Notes: generated by a model from the sequence alone, not told the origin. 62,948 nt of DNA, filler included, from Chrysochromulina tobinii (GCA_001275005.1; 5 parts of 5 records of this genome joined end to end with filler, not necessarily neighbours in it); one strand, 5' to 3'. Positions 1-12,550 are shown, counted from the whole stretch's first letter. Translations and numbers: made by a program.

Positions 1-2
1 GC

Positions 3-2390
3 CTCGGCGGCGCTCTCGCTGCCGACGACTTGATTGGAGGCACTCGCGACAACTACGATGCCGAGCTTGCGCATCGCGTCGATGCGCTCGCACGGCTCGA
101 GGGACAGCGCGTCTTCTATATCTTTGACTCCACCTCTCCCATTCTCGCAGGAGAGCACTTTCGCCGCCTGAGTCTCCCAGCTCGATCGCGCATGCTCTGC
201 GACGATTGGCTCGCCTGGGCCATGTCGTTTGAGCAGCGCCTAGAGACGCTCACCTATTGGTGGTCGCACTCTCACTGCGGCCATTTGCCCGAAGCTGCCG
301 TCGACGCGCTCGCCAAATCGTTTCTCGCAGGCGATCCGATGCCCCTCCCTCGCCCTCTCGAACCCCCTCGCCATCGGTCCATTCGGCACTATGCCAAGGG
401 CTCGGAGCGCGACCTCATGCTGCACGTGTACAACCTACACGTCGTGCGGACGCACTACACCGCGCCCTCTTCGATGTTCGCACGTCCAGGGTGCCTCGAG
501 CTTCTGCGGGTTGCCAAGCTCAACGATCAGCAGCGCTCCACCGTGTTGGCAGTTCGAGATGATCGAGTACGGCTCTTGGGCAGCCGAATCTTTCGGGACA
601 CGGGCCCGCATTCCCTCGGGGCGGTGCTTACTAAGCTGGGCTGCCCGTGCGGCAAGGGGCGACAGACTGTCGAGCATGTTCTCTGGGAGTGCGAGCTGTC
701 CAGCGTCGTCGCGCGGCGCGCGACGCTCCTCACTCCCGCCTGCACCGTCCTTGGTACCGCACTTGATCGCTGCGAACCCATCACACGCGATCACGCTGTC
801 TCCTCGATTGTGCGCCGCGCTCTTGAACGCGGGCAACGCCCGGAGGCGTATCGCACGCTCACGGGTGCTGGGACGCCCCTGAGCATTTCGCGAGACGAGG
901 CTCGGCAGGCTGCTCTCGCGCACGTACTCGGCATCGTTCAAGAGCCTCTGAACTGGTTTCGCCCGACCAGTCAGCTTGCCCGCCCTCTCCTCCATGCCTC
1001 TCTTGCAATGATTGCTGCCGCGATCCAGGCCTCCACGACCACACTCCGGCATGCCATCCTCACCAGCCGGCGCCGAATGACCCTCTCCTGCGCCCTCCAG
1101 CGGCTTCGGTATCAGACTTGGACCCACCCTAAGCCCGCAGGCACGCCGTGCAGGTGTTGTGCAATCCCCGGCTCGCCCGCGCCGGGCGTTCATGTCCTCG
1201 GGTCGCGTCGTCCGATCGATGGTGCTCGCGCTCTTCAAGCTGTTCAACAGCGGGAGGGCGTCCGCGCTCAGGGTCCTCCCCAGCTCTCGAGCATTCGCTC
1301 TCTCGTCACCCGTGCTCGTGAGGAAGCATTTCTCTCGAGCAGCGCTGCTCTCGAGGTCTCTTTTCGACTACAGCAGGATTGCCTCGCACGGGACGACGAC
1401 GCATCCGCCACGTTTGCACGTGTCAATGACGCTCGAGCGCTTGCCGACGACGCTCGGACGCGTGCTGACGACGCTCGGGTGCTTGCTGATGCGCTCGACG
1501 GGATCGACGAACTTTCTTCTACGCAGGCATGTGCAGACGCGGAGCGTGCATGCGCAGACGCGGAGCGTGCAAGTGTAGACGCGGCGCGTGCACTCGCTGC
1601 GCATCGCGCGGCCGTCATCGCAGCCGCCAATGCTGCTCGACTCTCGAACGCGGCGGACGCCCGCTATCGTGACCTCGACTCGCACGCTCATCGGGTCTCG
1701 GACTTTGCGTATTTCGCCGCCCAACATGTCTCTGGTATCATCCTCGACAGCCAACGTGCTGCGGTTCGATCACATCGGGCTCAGAAGGCGGCCGCGGCGG
1801 CGCGGGCGGCGGCGACGCCGCGCCTCACCCCTGCGGAACGCCGGGTGCTCACGGTCCAGCGTAAGCGTCGGCGGCGAGAGGAGCAGGAGGCGGACTCGAC
1901 CGTCCAGTTTCTCCTCGCTAAACGACGCCTCGATGCGTGCCCGGCAGCCGCTGACATGGTCACTCGGGCTCGCGCTGCTGCGCGCAGGTGTCGCGCGAAC
2001 GTCTTGAGTCTCGACGATCGACTGCGGGCGACCCGCCGATCGGCGATTGTGGCCAGCTACTTGGCTTTGCGACGCGAGGTGGTGGGCGCTAATCATGCGG
2101 TTCAGGAGATCGTTCTGCGTATGCGCACGGCTGCGCGCGACATGCGCAGAGGGGTGCTTGCTCGGAGACTACACGGGCCTCCCCCTCGGATAGGGTACGA
2201 GCGGCGAGTGTGGATCCGGCTCGCGGGGCTTACGCCGCCGCGGCGCTCGCGCGTGCGTGCTGCGGCAGCTGTGGCCGCCGCGAACAGCGGTCCTATTGGT
2301 ACCTCTACTATACATTCGGGGGAAGGGGGGCACCGGTCTGGAGCAGATGCTAGTCCGGCGCTCTCCCTTCCCCCACGACTTGCCGATTAA
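3..2390 (+). mobile_element. Non-LTR retrotransposon (LINE) ORF2, 3' part: RNase H + C-terminal CCHC zinc finger + long Ala/Arg-rich extension; runs off the window start
   Basis: Frame open from base 3. RNase H motifs DNYDAEL, YIFDS and WSHSHCGH..AVDALAK, then CPCGKGRQTVEHVLWEC (642-692), typical of LINE ORF2 ends. RT domain is not in the window. Confidence 0.75.
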
Positions 2391-2683
2391 CGGCTTGTGT
2401 TCACACGAGTTCTTTGTGTTGGCACGGGCTGTGTCGGCCACACCTCCGTCCATAGTGATAGTGGCTCTCGTGCTTGGGGGTCCGGAGAGTGTGCGCGTTG
2501 TGTTGAACAGCAGCAGCACCAACTCTAGAGGGGGAGGCTGCGCCTCCCCCCATGCCGCCGATTAACGGCCTGTGTAATAGCAGGTTGTGTCGGCCACACC
2601 TCCGTCCATAGCGATAGAGGCCCTCGTGCTTGGGGGTCCGGAGGTTGTGCGCGTGTGTGTTTCACAGCAGCAGCAGCACCAAC
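2317..2683 (+). repeat. Two diverged tandem copies of a structured LINE 3' terminus ending in (CAG)n-CACCAAC
   Basis: Copies at about 2382-2523 and 2557-2683 share GCCGATTAACGGC, GTGTCGGCCACACCTCCGTCCATAG, CTCGTGCTTGGGGGTCCGGAG and the CAG tail; each is preceded by a G/C hairpin. Confidence 0.8.
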
Positions 2684-2752
2684 ACTTCGCTCGCAGACAC
2701 CGGTTGCTCTTTCTCGACCGCACAGCTCCTGCAGCAAGCCAGAAAGCCCACA

Positions 2753-3738
2753 ATGAATGGGTGGGTACTGGCCGCCCTCTGCGCGTCGGCTGGCCACTTG
2801 CCACCACCAACGCGCCTGCCGCTTCGCCAACCGCCTCCAGTTTTAGTGGATCGGCGTGCTGTAGTACTCGGGGTGTGCGGCTGCATCGCGTGCTCACCAC
2901 AGCCAGCTGAGGCGCTGGCCGCGATCGCAAGGCAGCCGGCCGAATCCACCTTCGACGTAGCACGCGACGCACGTCAGGATCAGGGCTTTGCTAAAGGCAT
3001 GGCAACCGGCATGAAGGCGTATGAGAAAGCCGTTGAGCCGACGAAGTTGAGGCTCTTTGCGTCGCTACTCGCCGGGCTGCCGGCTGCCGATGCCGTCGTC
3101 GTGGAGATGGGCATCGGTACTTTTCCGAATGCAAAGTATTACACGACGGCGTTGCCGAGAGAGACTCGAGGCCCCGCCTCGCTCGACATCATAGGGATCG
3201 ACCCTAACGATGCGATGCCGACGTTCGCTCTCTCAGGACCGGCCGTCGATGCGCTGCGTACGGCGGGCCACTCGCTGCGCTTGATCCACGGGGTTGCGGA
3301 GGCTCTGCCGCTTGCAGACGGATCGGCGGACGCGGTGGTGTGCACATTGACGCTGTGCTCGGTGCCCGAGCCCGCGCGCGCCCTCGCTGAGGCACGTCGC
3401 GTCCTCAAGCCGGGCGGCCGCCTCCTCTTCCTGGAGCATGTGCGCCGCGAGACTGATTGCGACTGATTGCGAGTCCGATGGCCTTGCATGCAGGGATGGC
3501 GATCGATGGCGATTGCATGCAGGTGCGCAGCGAGACCGACCTTGTGCTACAGGCGCAGCAGGACGCTCTCACGCCGTTCCAGGTGAAGGCCGCCGACGGG
3601 TGCCACCTCAATCGGCGTACGCTGGAGACCATCAAGGCGGCAGGGTTCGCTCATCTCGACGCGAGCTACTTTGAGCTCAGCGGCTTCCTGTGGCTCAACC
3701 CGACGGTGGCGGGGATCGCCATCAAGGGTCAGGTCTGA
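2753..3738 (+). CDS. Class I SAM-dependent methyltransferase (Methyltransf_11, METTL7-like) with N-terminal targeting peptide; intron 3440-3522
   Basis: VVEMGIGTFPN, IGIDPN, GVAEALPLADGSADAVVCTLTLCSV, RVLKPGGRLLFLEH|VRSE, DGCHLNR; a GT-AG intron restores the frame. Confidence 0.9.
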
Positions 3739-4094
3739 AACTTTATCAATGTTAGCTAGCTCAGATGAATCTATTTTATGAAATCTCGACTGGCGCGCCG
3801 AATGCTCCGTCCATATTCTACCAGCGCGTCCGCGAAGCCGCCGCGCGCCTGTCCCGCGCGGACGCAATTGCGCGGACGGTCATACTTAGTTTGCGATTGT
3901 GTTTGAAGCCGTCAAAGTCATGTTAAGTCTTTACAAAACAATACGAAAGCCTAGAATGTTACATGTACTTGCGTGATGCCGATTCTTTGGTGCCCATGCC
4001 CTGGAAGCTTTCGACCAAACCCGACGCGCTGAAAGATTCGTCATCCGTGAACGCACGCGCCGCGAGTCCTTCTCGCAGCAGAAGTGCCTCTCGC

Positions 4095-5709
4095 ATGTCG
4101 CTCTCGCCACGCAACGACCCGAACGGCCTGCGCGGCAAGCTGCTCGCCAAGCTCGCCTCTACGCTCGCGCCGGACGACGAAAAGCCACCGGAGGAAGTGG
4201 TGGCCATCGCGGCTACCGTCGAGGAGGCGATCGCTGCCAAGCACGGCATCGGCTCCAAGGACTACACAGCGCGCAGCCGCAGCCTCGTGTTTAACCTGAC
4301 GAAGAATAACGATCTGCGCAAGCGCGTGCTCAGCCGCGCCGTGAGTGCCACGTGGCTCGTAAACGCGTCCGTCACCGATCTCGCGACGGACGCTCTCAAG
4401 ATGCAGCGGAAGGAGTCCCTCGAGCACTACCAAGCGCTCCGCTCGCTCGGTGACTCGGACGAGCTCGCTGTCGGCTGGAACGCCGGCACGACCGGCAAGC
4501 TCGGATGGTCGCACAAGTACGAGAAGGAGACGGTGATCTCTGGCGCAGCAAAAGGCAACTCCGCAGCCGCTGCCGGCGCGGCGGCGAGCGCGTCCACAGA
4601 CCCCGCCGGCGCATCCGCCGGTGCGGACGTGGCAACGGAGGCGGGCGGCGGCGCAGCCGAGGGCGAGGCGGGAGGAGAGGGCGCGGCGGAGGAGGGCGAG
4701 GGCGAGTATCCTTTTGACGAAGCTGACGACAGAGATCGCGAGGGAGATCGCGAGGGAGATCGCGAGGACGTTTATGAGGCTGATGACATTAATGAGGCTG
4801 ATGACATTAATGACATTAATGAGGCTGATGAGGCTGCTGAAGTCGGCGGCAGCAGCGCGAGGCGCAATGGAGGCGGCCGTGGCGCCGGCCGTGGCGGCGG
4901 CGGTCGTTTTTCCGGTACGGCCGTGAACGTTCACACCGGTACGGCCGCCGATGTGGAGCTCGACTCGGACGCGGGGATGGACGACGTCGAGGTGACGAAC
5001 CTGATTGCGTCTCTGATTGCATGCTGAGTGCATGCTGAGTGCATGCTGAGTGCATGCTGATTGCCTTTCTCATCAGGTGGACGACCTGAAGCCCGCCGAG
5101 AGCGCATCGGAGCAGTTCTCCGAGGAGGATGAGGAGGAGTACATACCGGTACCTGTACCGGCGGCTCGGACGGCTGGTGTGAACGTTCACACCGATGTAC
5201 CGACGGCTCGGACGGCTGGTGCTGCCGCCGCAACCGCCGCTGCTACTGCTACCGCGGCTGCTGCCGCGGCTGCGACCGCTGCCGCCGCGGCTGCCACTGC
5301 TGCCGCCGCGCCTGACGGCATGGCGTCACGGTCCCTCAAACGCCCGCATGGGGCGGAGGCTGCGCTCAACACGGCGCGGCCCCTCAAACGTCCGCTCGGG
5401 GGGTCCACCACCGCCGCTGCCGCAGGGTTGCGCGCCGTCTTGAGCGCATCCGGCGCCTCGGGCGGCGCCGCCTCGGGCGGCGGGGGGTCGTCTCCGTACT
5501 CGCCGCGCGCGCCGCCACCGAACTCGGCCGTTGGGCTATCGGCATACACGCACGCTCCGGTGCTATTCACAACGCTCGAGCGCGCCGTCGCGGGCAGTGC
5601 GATCGAGCTGGGCAGTGACGAAGCGGCGATCGAACGACGGGTGGCGCAGGCGATCCACAATGTACGCGCTATTGTCGCGCAGTGCGAGCAGGCCGAGCAA
5701 CAGGCGTGA
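4095..5709 (+). CDS. TFIIS central-domain (TFIIS_M) protein with acidic/Ala-rich tail; intron 4992-5076
   Basis: KDYTARSRSLVFNLTKNNDLRKRVL...LVNASVTDLATDALK matches the TFIIS domain II pattern; phase-0 intron joins ORFs 3963-5027 and 5050-5709. Confidence 0.8.
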
Positions 5710-5946
5710 ATGAGAGACACTCCAGATTACTATCGCCGCGCGTACTGCTGATCTCTACCCGCGCGCGTAGCGCCTGTCATGTCTGAGGTGTACTCGTGGA
5801 GGGGTAAGAGGCCTGTCACGATGTCTTCTCTGACCTTCGGTTGTGGAATTTGCAACGAATGGACAACTTCTGAGATTTGCGCTCGAGGCGTCTGGTGGCG
5901 CGCACTGGAGGGAGGTGGTCACTGGTCATCCGGTCAGTCATCAGGG

Positions 5947-6269
5947 ATGGAAGGGGCTTCCGGGCCATCGCTCGGTCCACGTTTTGCGAGCGTCGAGCGA
6001 CGTGACTCTGTGATGGCGAGCGACGCCACCCTGCGCCGCATGACTTCTAGCGACTCGATCGAGGACCTCCTGCACCGCCACTCGGAGTGTATCGGCTCGA
6101 CGCTTGCGAACATCTCCTCCTTGCACAAGTTCACCGAGATCAAGAGCTCCCCGAGCCGGCTCTTCTCGAGATCTCCGAGCTGGCTTTTGAGGAGGCCAAC
6201 GCGATGAAGCTCACGGCCTCGAGAAGCAAGAGTCTAATCCGCCCGGAGAGAACGTTGCCGACAAGCTAA
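5947..6269 (+). pseudogene. Possible small hypothetical gene with a frameshift near 6150
   Basis: Coding-like frame MEGASG...FTEIKSS continues plausibly in another frame (ALLEISELAFEEANAM...). No family recognised. Confidence 0.25.
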
Positions 6270-6729
6270 CGCGCTCAAGATGTGATCTCAAAGGCTCAAG
6301 ATGTGCTTGAAATTCAGAGCCTGCTGTGCCATGTACACTGATCTGGTCAGCAGTAGCTGTGTGGTAAGCTACATTTAAACGGCCCGGACACAGTACTGAC
6401 AGAATTCCTACTCCCGGATTCTCGTGCGGAGCCCTAATTTTTTGGTTATTTGCAGTTTGCACGCCTTTCGGTGATGCTGCACTTGCACTTGAACCTTTCG
6501 ACACTCGAACACTGATGCACTTTAACCCTCGGAACCGAAGCTCTATGGCAGATCTATGGAGAATCTATGTTGATCTACCGAAAATGTCTATGATCTTTGG
6601 TAGCACGTAGTAGTTCTATGGTAGCACGTGCGATCTAGATCTGAAGCATGATCTGAAGATCTCCTTGTCTGCGCGACCGCGTACTCGTACACGCTGTACT
6701 GGGTCTGAGGTCAAACTGGGTCTCGTCGA

Positions 6730-8132
6730 TTACGTCTCGTCCGCGCCACCGTAGAGCTCGCCGAGCTTGCGCGTGAAGTCCGCACCCGCGACGGCGCGCC
6801 CCGTCTTGCCCGCTCGCCCGACCGCGAGCTTCGATCTCGCGCGATCTGGCGACGCCTCGTCCTCGACCTCAAGGGCGCCGTCGTGGGCGTCGTCCTCGCT
6901 CCACTCGTGTGCCCACAGGGCGCCGCCGTGGGTGCCTCCGTCCGCTGCGTCGGCTTCGGCCGCACCGGCCTCCACGGCCGCCGCTCGTAACCACCGGTGA
7001 CGTAACGTCTGCTCGGCCGTGGGACGCTGTGGGGAACTCGGCGCACGGGAGCCGTTGGACGAGATCGCAATCAGGGGCCATCAGGGGGCCAACGGAGATG
7101 CATCAAGGGGGCCCTCAGGGAGGGCATGGTGCGGGCCATCGTGGGATGATCACCTGTGTGACGTCAGCGCAGAGGAGCCGTTGGACAAAACTTCGGGCGG
7201 CGGGGCTGAGCTCGCGTGCGAGCTCCGCGTGGGAGCTCATCGAGATTCGTAGCTCGACGTCGCCCGCGGAATCGCCGGAGAAGGCGGGCGTGTTCTGAAG
7301 GACCTGCGCTCAGAGAGAGGCCACGAGCGGGCGATGCAATCAGCATGCAATCAGAGAGCTCACCTGATCTCGCAGCGCTCAGAGAGAGGCCACGAGCGGG
7401 CGATGAGAGAGGGCATCAGGAGATGATCAATGTGGTCATCAAGGGCGCCGTTTCGAGCACCTCGAGGGCGACGGCGCCCAATGCCCAAAGAACCCCCCAT
7501 GTAATCAATGTAATCAATGTAATCAATGTGTTCATCTAGGGCGCCGTTTCGAGCACCTCGAGGGCGACGGCGCCCAATGCCCATAGATCCACAGGCGGAC
7601 CGAGATAGCCCGTCTCGGCCAAATTAGGCAACGGTCGGCAAAGTTCAGGCGCCTGGTATCTGATGACCTCGGGCGATTGGTAACGGGCGCCTGGTATCAC
7701 GCGTTCACGTAGCCGCCGGTTGCCGCAGACGACCGCGCAGCCAAAGTCACAGATCTTTATCCTCGTGCGCTGAGCATCGACGAAGAGGAGGTTCGAGGGC
7801 TTCAGATCACGATGGGCAATGGCGAGACGATGCAGATGCGCCAGCCCGCTCGTCACTTGATACAACAGCGCCGCCGCCTCGTCCTCGGGGTAACCGCCAG
7901 CCGAATGCTCAGCACGAGGCTTGTTCCGCAGCCGCGCGAGTGCAAAGTCGAGCGAGCCACCCGCGCAGTATTCAAGGATCAAGTGCGTGGCCGATCCCGT
8001 GCTGATCTCGGCAAGCATGTTGGCGATGTGAGGATGCCCGTCGCCGCCTAATTGCGCATTGCCTAATTGGGCATCGCCTAATTGCGCATTGCCTAATTGG
8101 GCATCGCCTAATTGGTGCTCACGCAACCTCCG
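6730..8132 (-). CDS. Ser/Thr protein kinase (CAMK/AMPK-like), 5'-truncated at contig end; introns about 7304-7556 and 7027-7133
   Basis: HPHIANM, LILEYCAGGSL, AHRDLKPSN, KICDFG, YQAPE, PVDLWALG, then spliced VLQNTPAF and RPTAEQTLRHRWL; stop at 6730. Confidence 0.85.
8047..8115. repeat. 15-bp tandem repeat (CCTAATTG(C/G)GCAT(T/C)G)n
   Basis: About 4.5 copies, reading QLGDA/QLGNA on the minus strand, next to the contig end. Confidence 0.85.
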
Positions 8133-8232
8133 NNNNNNNNNNNNNNNNNNNNNNNNNNNNNNNNNNNNNNNNNNNNTTAATTAATTAANNNNNNNNNNNN
8201 NNNNNNNNNNNNNNNNNNNNNNNNNNNNNNNN
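8133..8232. other. Artificial contig linker
   Basis: 44 N + TTAATTAATTAA (stops in all six frames) + 44 N. Confidence 0.98.
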
Positions 8233-11200
8233 TCACCGCCGCCGCCACCCTCGCCGCCGAGACCCCGGGCGCCTCCCAGCGCACCGTTGGGTGGTCCGCA
8301 GCGCCCGCCGCCGCCGCCCTCGCCGCCGCCTCGGCCTCCGCCTCCAGCCACGCCGCCGCCTCCTCCCTTGCTGCCGCCGCCCCCCTTGCGGCCTCTGATG
8401 GAGGTGCTCGCCTCCCTCACCGTCGGCATTGGCGGCGGCAGCACCGTCAGGACGGCCGTCCAAGTGGCCGGCCGCGCGTCCGACTTCACGCCGACCGCCC
8501 GTGTCGAGCTGCGCAGCAGCCTCGCGACCGCGGCGAGCGTGGACGTGAGCGCCGTCACGCTCAACGTGGGCTCAGGCAGCACAGTCGAGCTGACCTTTAC
8601 GATCGCCATCACGTCGGCCGATCCTCGGCATGCCGCCCAAGTATTAGACGCGCTCAGCCCGCGCCTTGCCAACGCAGCGTTGGCGAGTGCTCTTCTCAAC
8701 ACCAGCTCGTACGCAGCCAACGTGACCGCGATCACCCTCGCGCCAGAAGGGAGCAACGTCTTGCCCCCGGGTGGCGACGATATCAGTGACGAGGCCGCCG
8801 AGGATCTGGCAGCGGCGACGGCGACGGCGGCCACCGAGTTGGGGGCGGTACTTGCGACCATGCAGCAGCTCGACGCCTGGTCCGCGCAGGCCGTCACGAA
8901 CGGCATCTCCTCGCTCTTGGAGTTGATGGCTGCCTCCGACGGCTCCCCCTCTTCTGCAGGCGCCGCCAAGAGCATCGGCACTGCCGTCGATCAACTGGCG
9001 CGCGCCGCCACCGTGGGCGTCCTGGCGGCAGCGCCGTACGATGTCATTTCGAATGGCTCTTATGGCATCGCGGAGCCTCTGGTGCTTTCCTCGCCCAACC
9101 TGAACATGAGCATCAACCTGCGCAACGCCAGCGCCCTCCCCACGATGCCAATCGTATGCGACGCAAGCACGGGCGTCGCTGCCTCTGTCACGATGCCCGC
9201 CGACCTGATCGGCGGCATTCCTGGGATGGATGCATCTCAACCGGTGGTGGCCGTCCTCTACATCTCGCGTGTCAACCTGCACGGCGGGCTGGTCGGACAC
9301 GGTGCCGCTGAACGCCTCCGTCGAAGCCTCCGCCGTCGGCTCACGAGCGAGAGCGTGCCCACAGGGCCTTCGCTCTGCTCGGACACGTGCACCTTCGCAT
9401 CCGACGCCGAGTGCGACGACGGCGGCACCGGCGCCGAGTATTTTCTGGACTGCACCTACGGCACCGACTGCGAGGACTGCGGCCCGCGCGCCGCTAGCGG
9501 TGGTGGCGGCGATCTTGACGGCAATGTGGGCAACGGCATGGCGGCCGGCCCGACCGTCTCCTTCAAGCTCATCCAGCAGGGCATCCAGCTCGTCGTGAAG
9601 GACCTAGCCATGCCGATCAATATCAGTCTGGCGTACCAGTCGCCGACCACGGCCACCGGCCGACCGCCGTGCGTGGGCGCTCCCGACCCGTCGTCGGACG
9701 CGGCGAGGGCGTGCGCCACGACCGTCGAGTGCCGCTTCTGGAATGAGACCAACAGCAGCTGGTCGACCGACGGCTGCACGACGACGATGGGCGCCGACGG
9801 CTCCGTGGGCTGCTCGTGCACCCACCTGACCGACTTCATCGCCTTCGAGTTCCCGACGACGGTCGATCAGCTGCTCGAGACCGTGCTGGGCTCGTTCGCG
9901 TTCATCAGGCTGGACTCGCGCGCCCTCGAGTGCGCGCGGGACCCAGAGAGGTCGTGGCGCACGGTGCGCCCCATCTGGGACTGTTTCATTGGTCTGATGA
10001 CCACGCTCATCGTGGCGCTAGTGTATGCGGTGCGCAACGACCGGCGCGAGGCGCACAGGACGCTCGCCCTCCTCGCGGGTCAGAAGAAGCAGCAGCAGCG
10101 AACCGAGGCCTGGTCCGCTCGATCGCTCTTGTCTCAGATGTGCCGACAGCTCTCGCCTCAAATGAGCGCGCCCAGGGTGATGCCAGCACAGATACATGCC
10201 TTTCGGCCTTCGTCCACAAACGCCTCGCCCCCGCCGTCGCCACCCGCGGACGAGGTGGTCATGCTGACGACGGCCATGTATGCTGAGACGACCCAGACGA
10301 CAACGTTCACGAAGACGCGCAGCGAAGAGGTCAGGGAGGTGCGACGTGCTATGGCGGAGGCCACCTTCATAAACTCGCGTGTCCACCTCCAACCCTTTAC
10401 TCGCTCGCATACTTCAATCCAAGAGCGAGGTCAAACGGAGGGCAGCAGCGGTGGCGGCGGCAGCGGCGGCGGCGGCGGTGACAGCTTGTTGGTGCTTGAG
10501 GACTTAGAAGAGGCGGTCCTCGACGCGACACCGAGCAGCACGGGCGCCAAGAACACGCGCAGCACCATCGAAGAAAGCCATGCCGCCACGGCCATTCAGC
10601 AGCGTTGGAAGCGAGCCCAGGCCAAGCAGCACGCTCATCTGCAGGTCGAGGTGATCACGAAGCGCTGGCACCAGGACGTCAACGCGATGTGGAAGCGTGT
10701 ATGCATCGCATGCACGGCCAACCATTCGCTGTGCGCTGGCTTTCTCACGCGGGGCGTAGCAGGCTTCACACGCGCCCAGACGATGATGATGCTGTTCAAC
10801 GGCTTCGCCTTCGAGCTCGTCATGCTAAGCCTCGTTTACGAGTCGCCTCCGACGCCCGCCGTGGACAACATCACCGGGCTCCCGATAGAGGAGGCGGGAC
10901 CTGCCGTCGTGATCAACCCGGTGGCCATCGTCACCGGGGCCACTGTGGCGGCCATCATCTGCATTCCGATGGGCCTCATCTTCGGATGGGTCTTTGACCC
11001 AATCATCCTAGTGAACGTGGGCAAGAATCTGCTGTGGCTGATCTTGTGCTGGCCGTATTGGCTCATCTGGAAGCGCTTCTTGAAGCACCTCTGCGATCGC
11101 CCAAGTGTCGCTTTCGATACATACATCATTGTCAAGGAGGGCAACGGGCCCATCGGGCTCGACCTGCAACAATCCAGAGGACACCGTATCAGCGTCGTCC

Positions 11201-12396
11201 GCGTCCGGCCCGACACGCCGGCCGCACGCAGTGTGCCGCCGCTAGTCGCCGGAATGCGCATCGTCGGTGTCGACGGGGTCCCTGTGCAGGATGCGAAGCT
11301 GGCAGCCGAGTGCATCGCAAAGGCTGGCCACGGGCCGATGAAGCTCGAGGTGTACGCGACGCGAAGCTGGCTCCCACGCCGCCAACGCGCCGGCGCTCGT
11401 CAAGAGAGCGTCAAGGGCGCCACCGTCGAGGTTGCTGACGACATTCGAGGAGCTGCTACTCGCGAGCTCGCGAAGACCATGCGCGCCGATGAGGAGCAGC
11501 AGGGCAGCAGTACCATAGTCGAGGCCATCGTGCCCAAGGCCATCGTGCCCGAGGCCAACACGTCCGATTCTATGCTCGTTTTCGACTACGACACTGCCAC
11601 TACCTCCGAGCGGGTGATCAAGGTCGAGGACGGCGCTCTCGCCTCCCCACCTCCGCCAGCGATGAGCGTCATCTCATTCACCCTCAAATGTGCCGGCGAC
11701 ATCTCCACGTTCGCCTCGAGCGTGCAAACCGAGACAGCTTATGCAATCGCCGCCCAGGCGGGCGTCCAGCCATCAGCGGTGCAGGTGACCGTCACGTCAG
11801 GCATTGTCATCGTCGTCGACGCCAAGATCCGTACGCACACGGCAACCGCGACCTCAGTGCTGTCGAAGATGGCCGACGGGACGAGCAGCGCGAGCAGCGC
11901 GACCGAAATGCTCATGAAGGTCACTGGTATCGAGATCGCCGTGTTGGCGATCGTTCACCCAGCCACCCTCACCACCGAGCAAATGAGGATGGGGTCATCT
12001 ACGGTCTCGCCACCGCCCTCGCCTCCGGTTCTCCCCGAGCCCTTCTCGTCTCCGTCGCCAACGGGCATGCCACAAGGTGACGTACCCCCGTCGCCGCCCC
12101 CTTCGCCAGGGGGAACCGTCTCCATGCACAAGCGTCGTTCGTTTTCTTCATCCGCTCCCAGCCAGACTCGCCTGGCCACGGAGCCGAGGACGTTCTCTTA
12201 TGCGAGCCTCAACGAGGGGCTGCTCAAGGCGTCGCTGACGTACAACTGGAAGGAGAAGAACTGGGCCATCGTGAGGAAAATCCTCCTCGGCTGGACCCTG
12301 TCGTTCATGCTGTTCGGGGCCATGTGCTTCACCATCTTCTTGTACGGCTGTCAGCTCTTCGAGCCATATATATATGAGGGCGAGGGAGGCGGCGAG
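8233..12396 (+). CDS. GAIN/GPS-domain multi-pass membrane protein (polycystin/PKD1-REJ-like) with Cys-rich repeat, IQ-like motif and PDZ domain; truncated at both ends
   Basis: GPS motif CRFWNETNSSWSTDGC...CSCTHLTDF (about 9730-9837); several hydrophobic helices; AATAIQQRWKR; PDZ-like GPIGLDL...VVRVRPDTPAA...GMRIVGVDGVPV (about 11120-11360); Pro-rich linkers. Confidence 0.8.
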
Positions 12397-12496
12397 NNNN
12401 NNNNNNNNNNNNNNNNNNNNNNNNNNNNNNNNNNNNNNNNTTAATTAATTAANNNNNNNNNNNNNNNNNNNNNNNNNNNNNNNNNNNNNNNNNNNN
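12397..12496. other. Artificial contig linker
   Basis: N44-TTAATTAATTAA-N44. Confidence 0.98.
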
Positions 12497-12550
12497 CTTC
12501 TTGGCAGACCTGGGACTCGCTACCCCAGTTGCCTGAGGTCGGCGGAGCTC

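Noticed and set aside
2430..2520. Hammerhead or HDV ribozyme in the LINE 3' repeat
   Set aside because: No CUGANGA/GAAA core, and no HDV P1.1 GG or P3 loop in the right order; kept only as an unassigned structured element.
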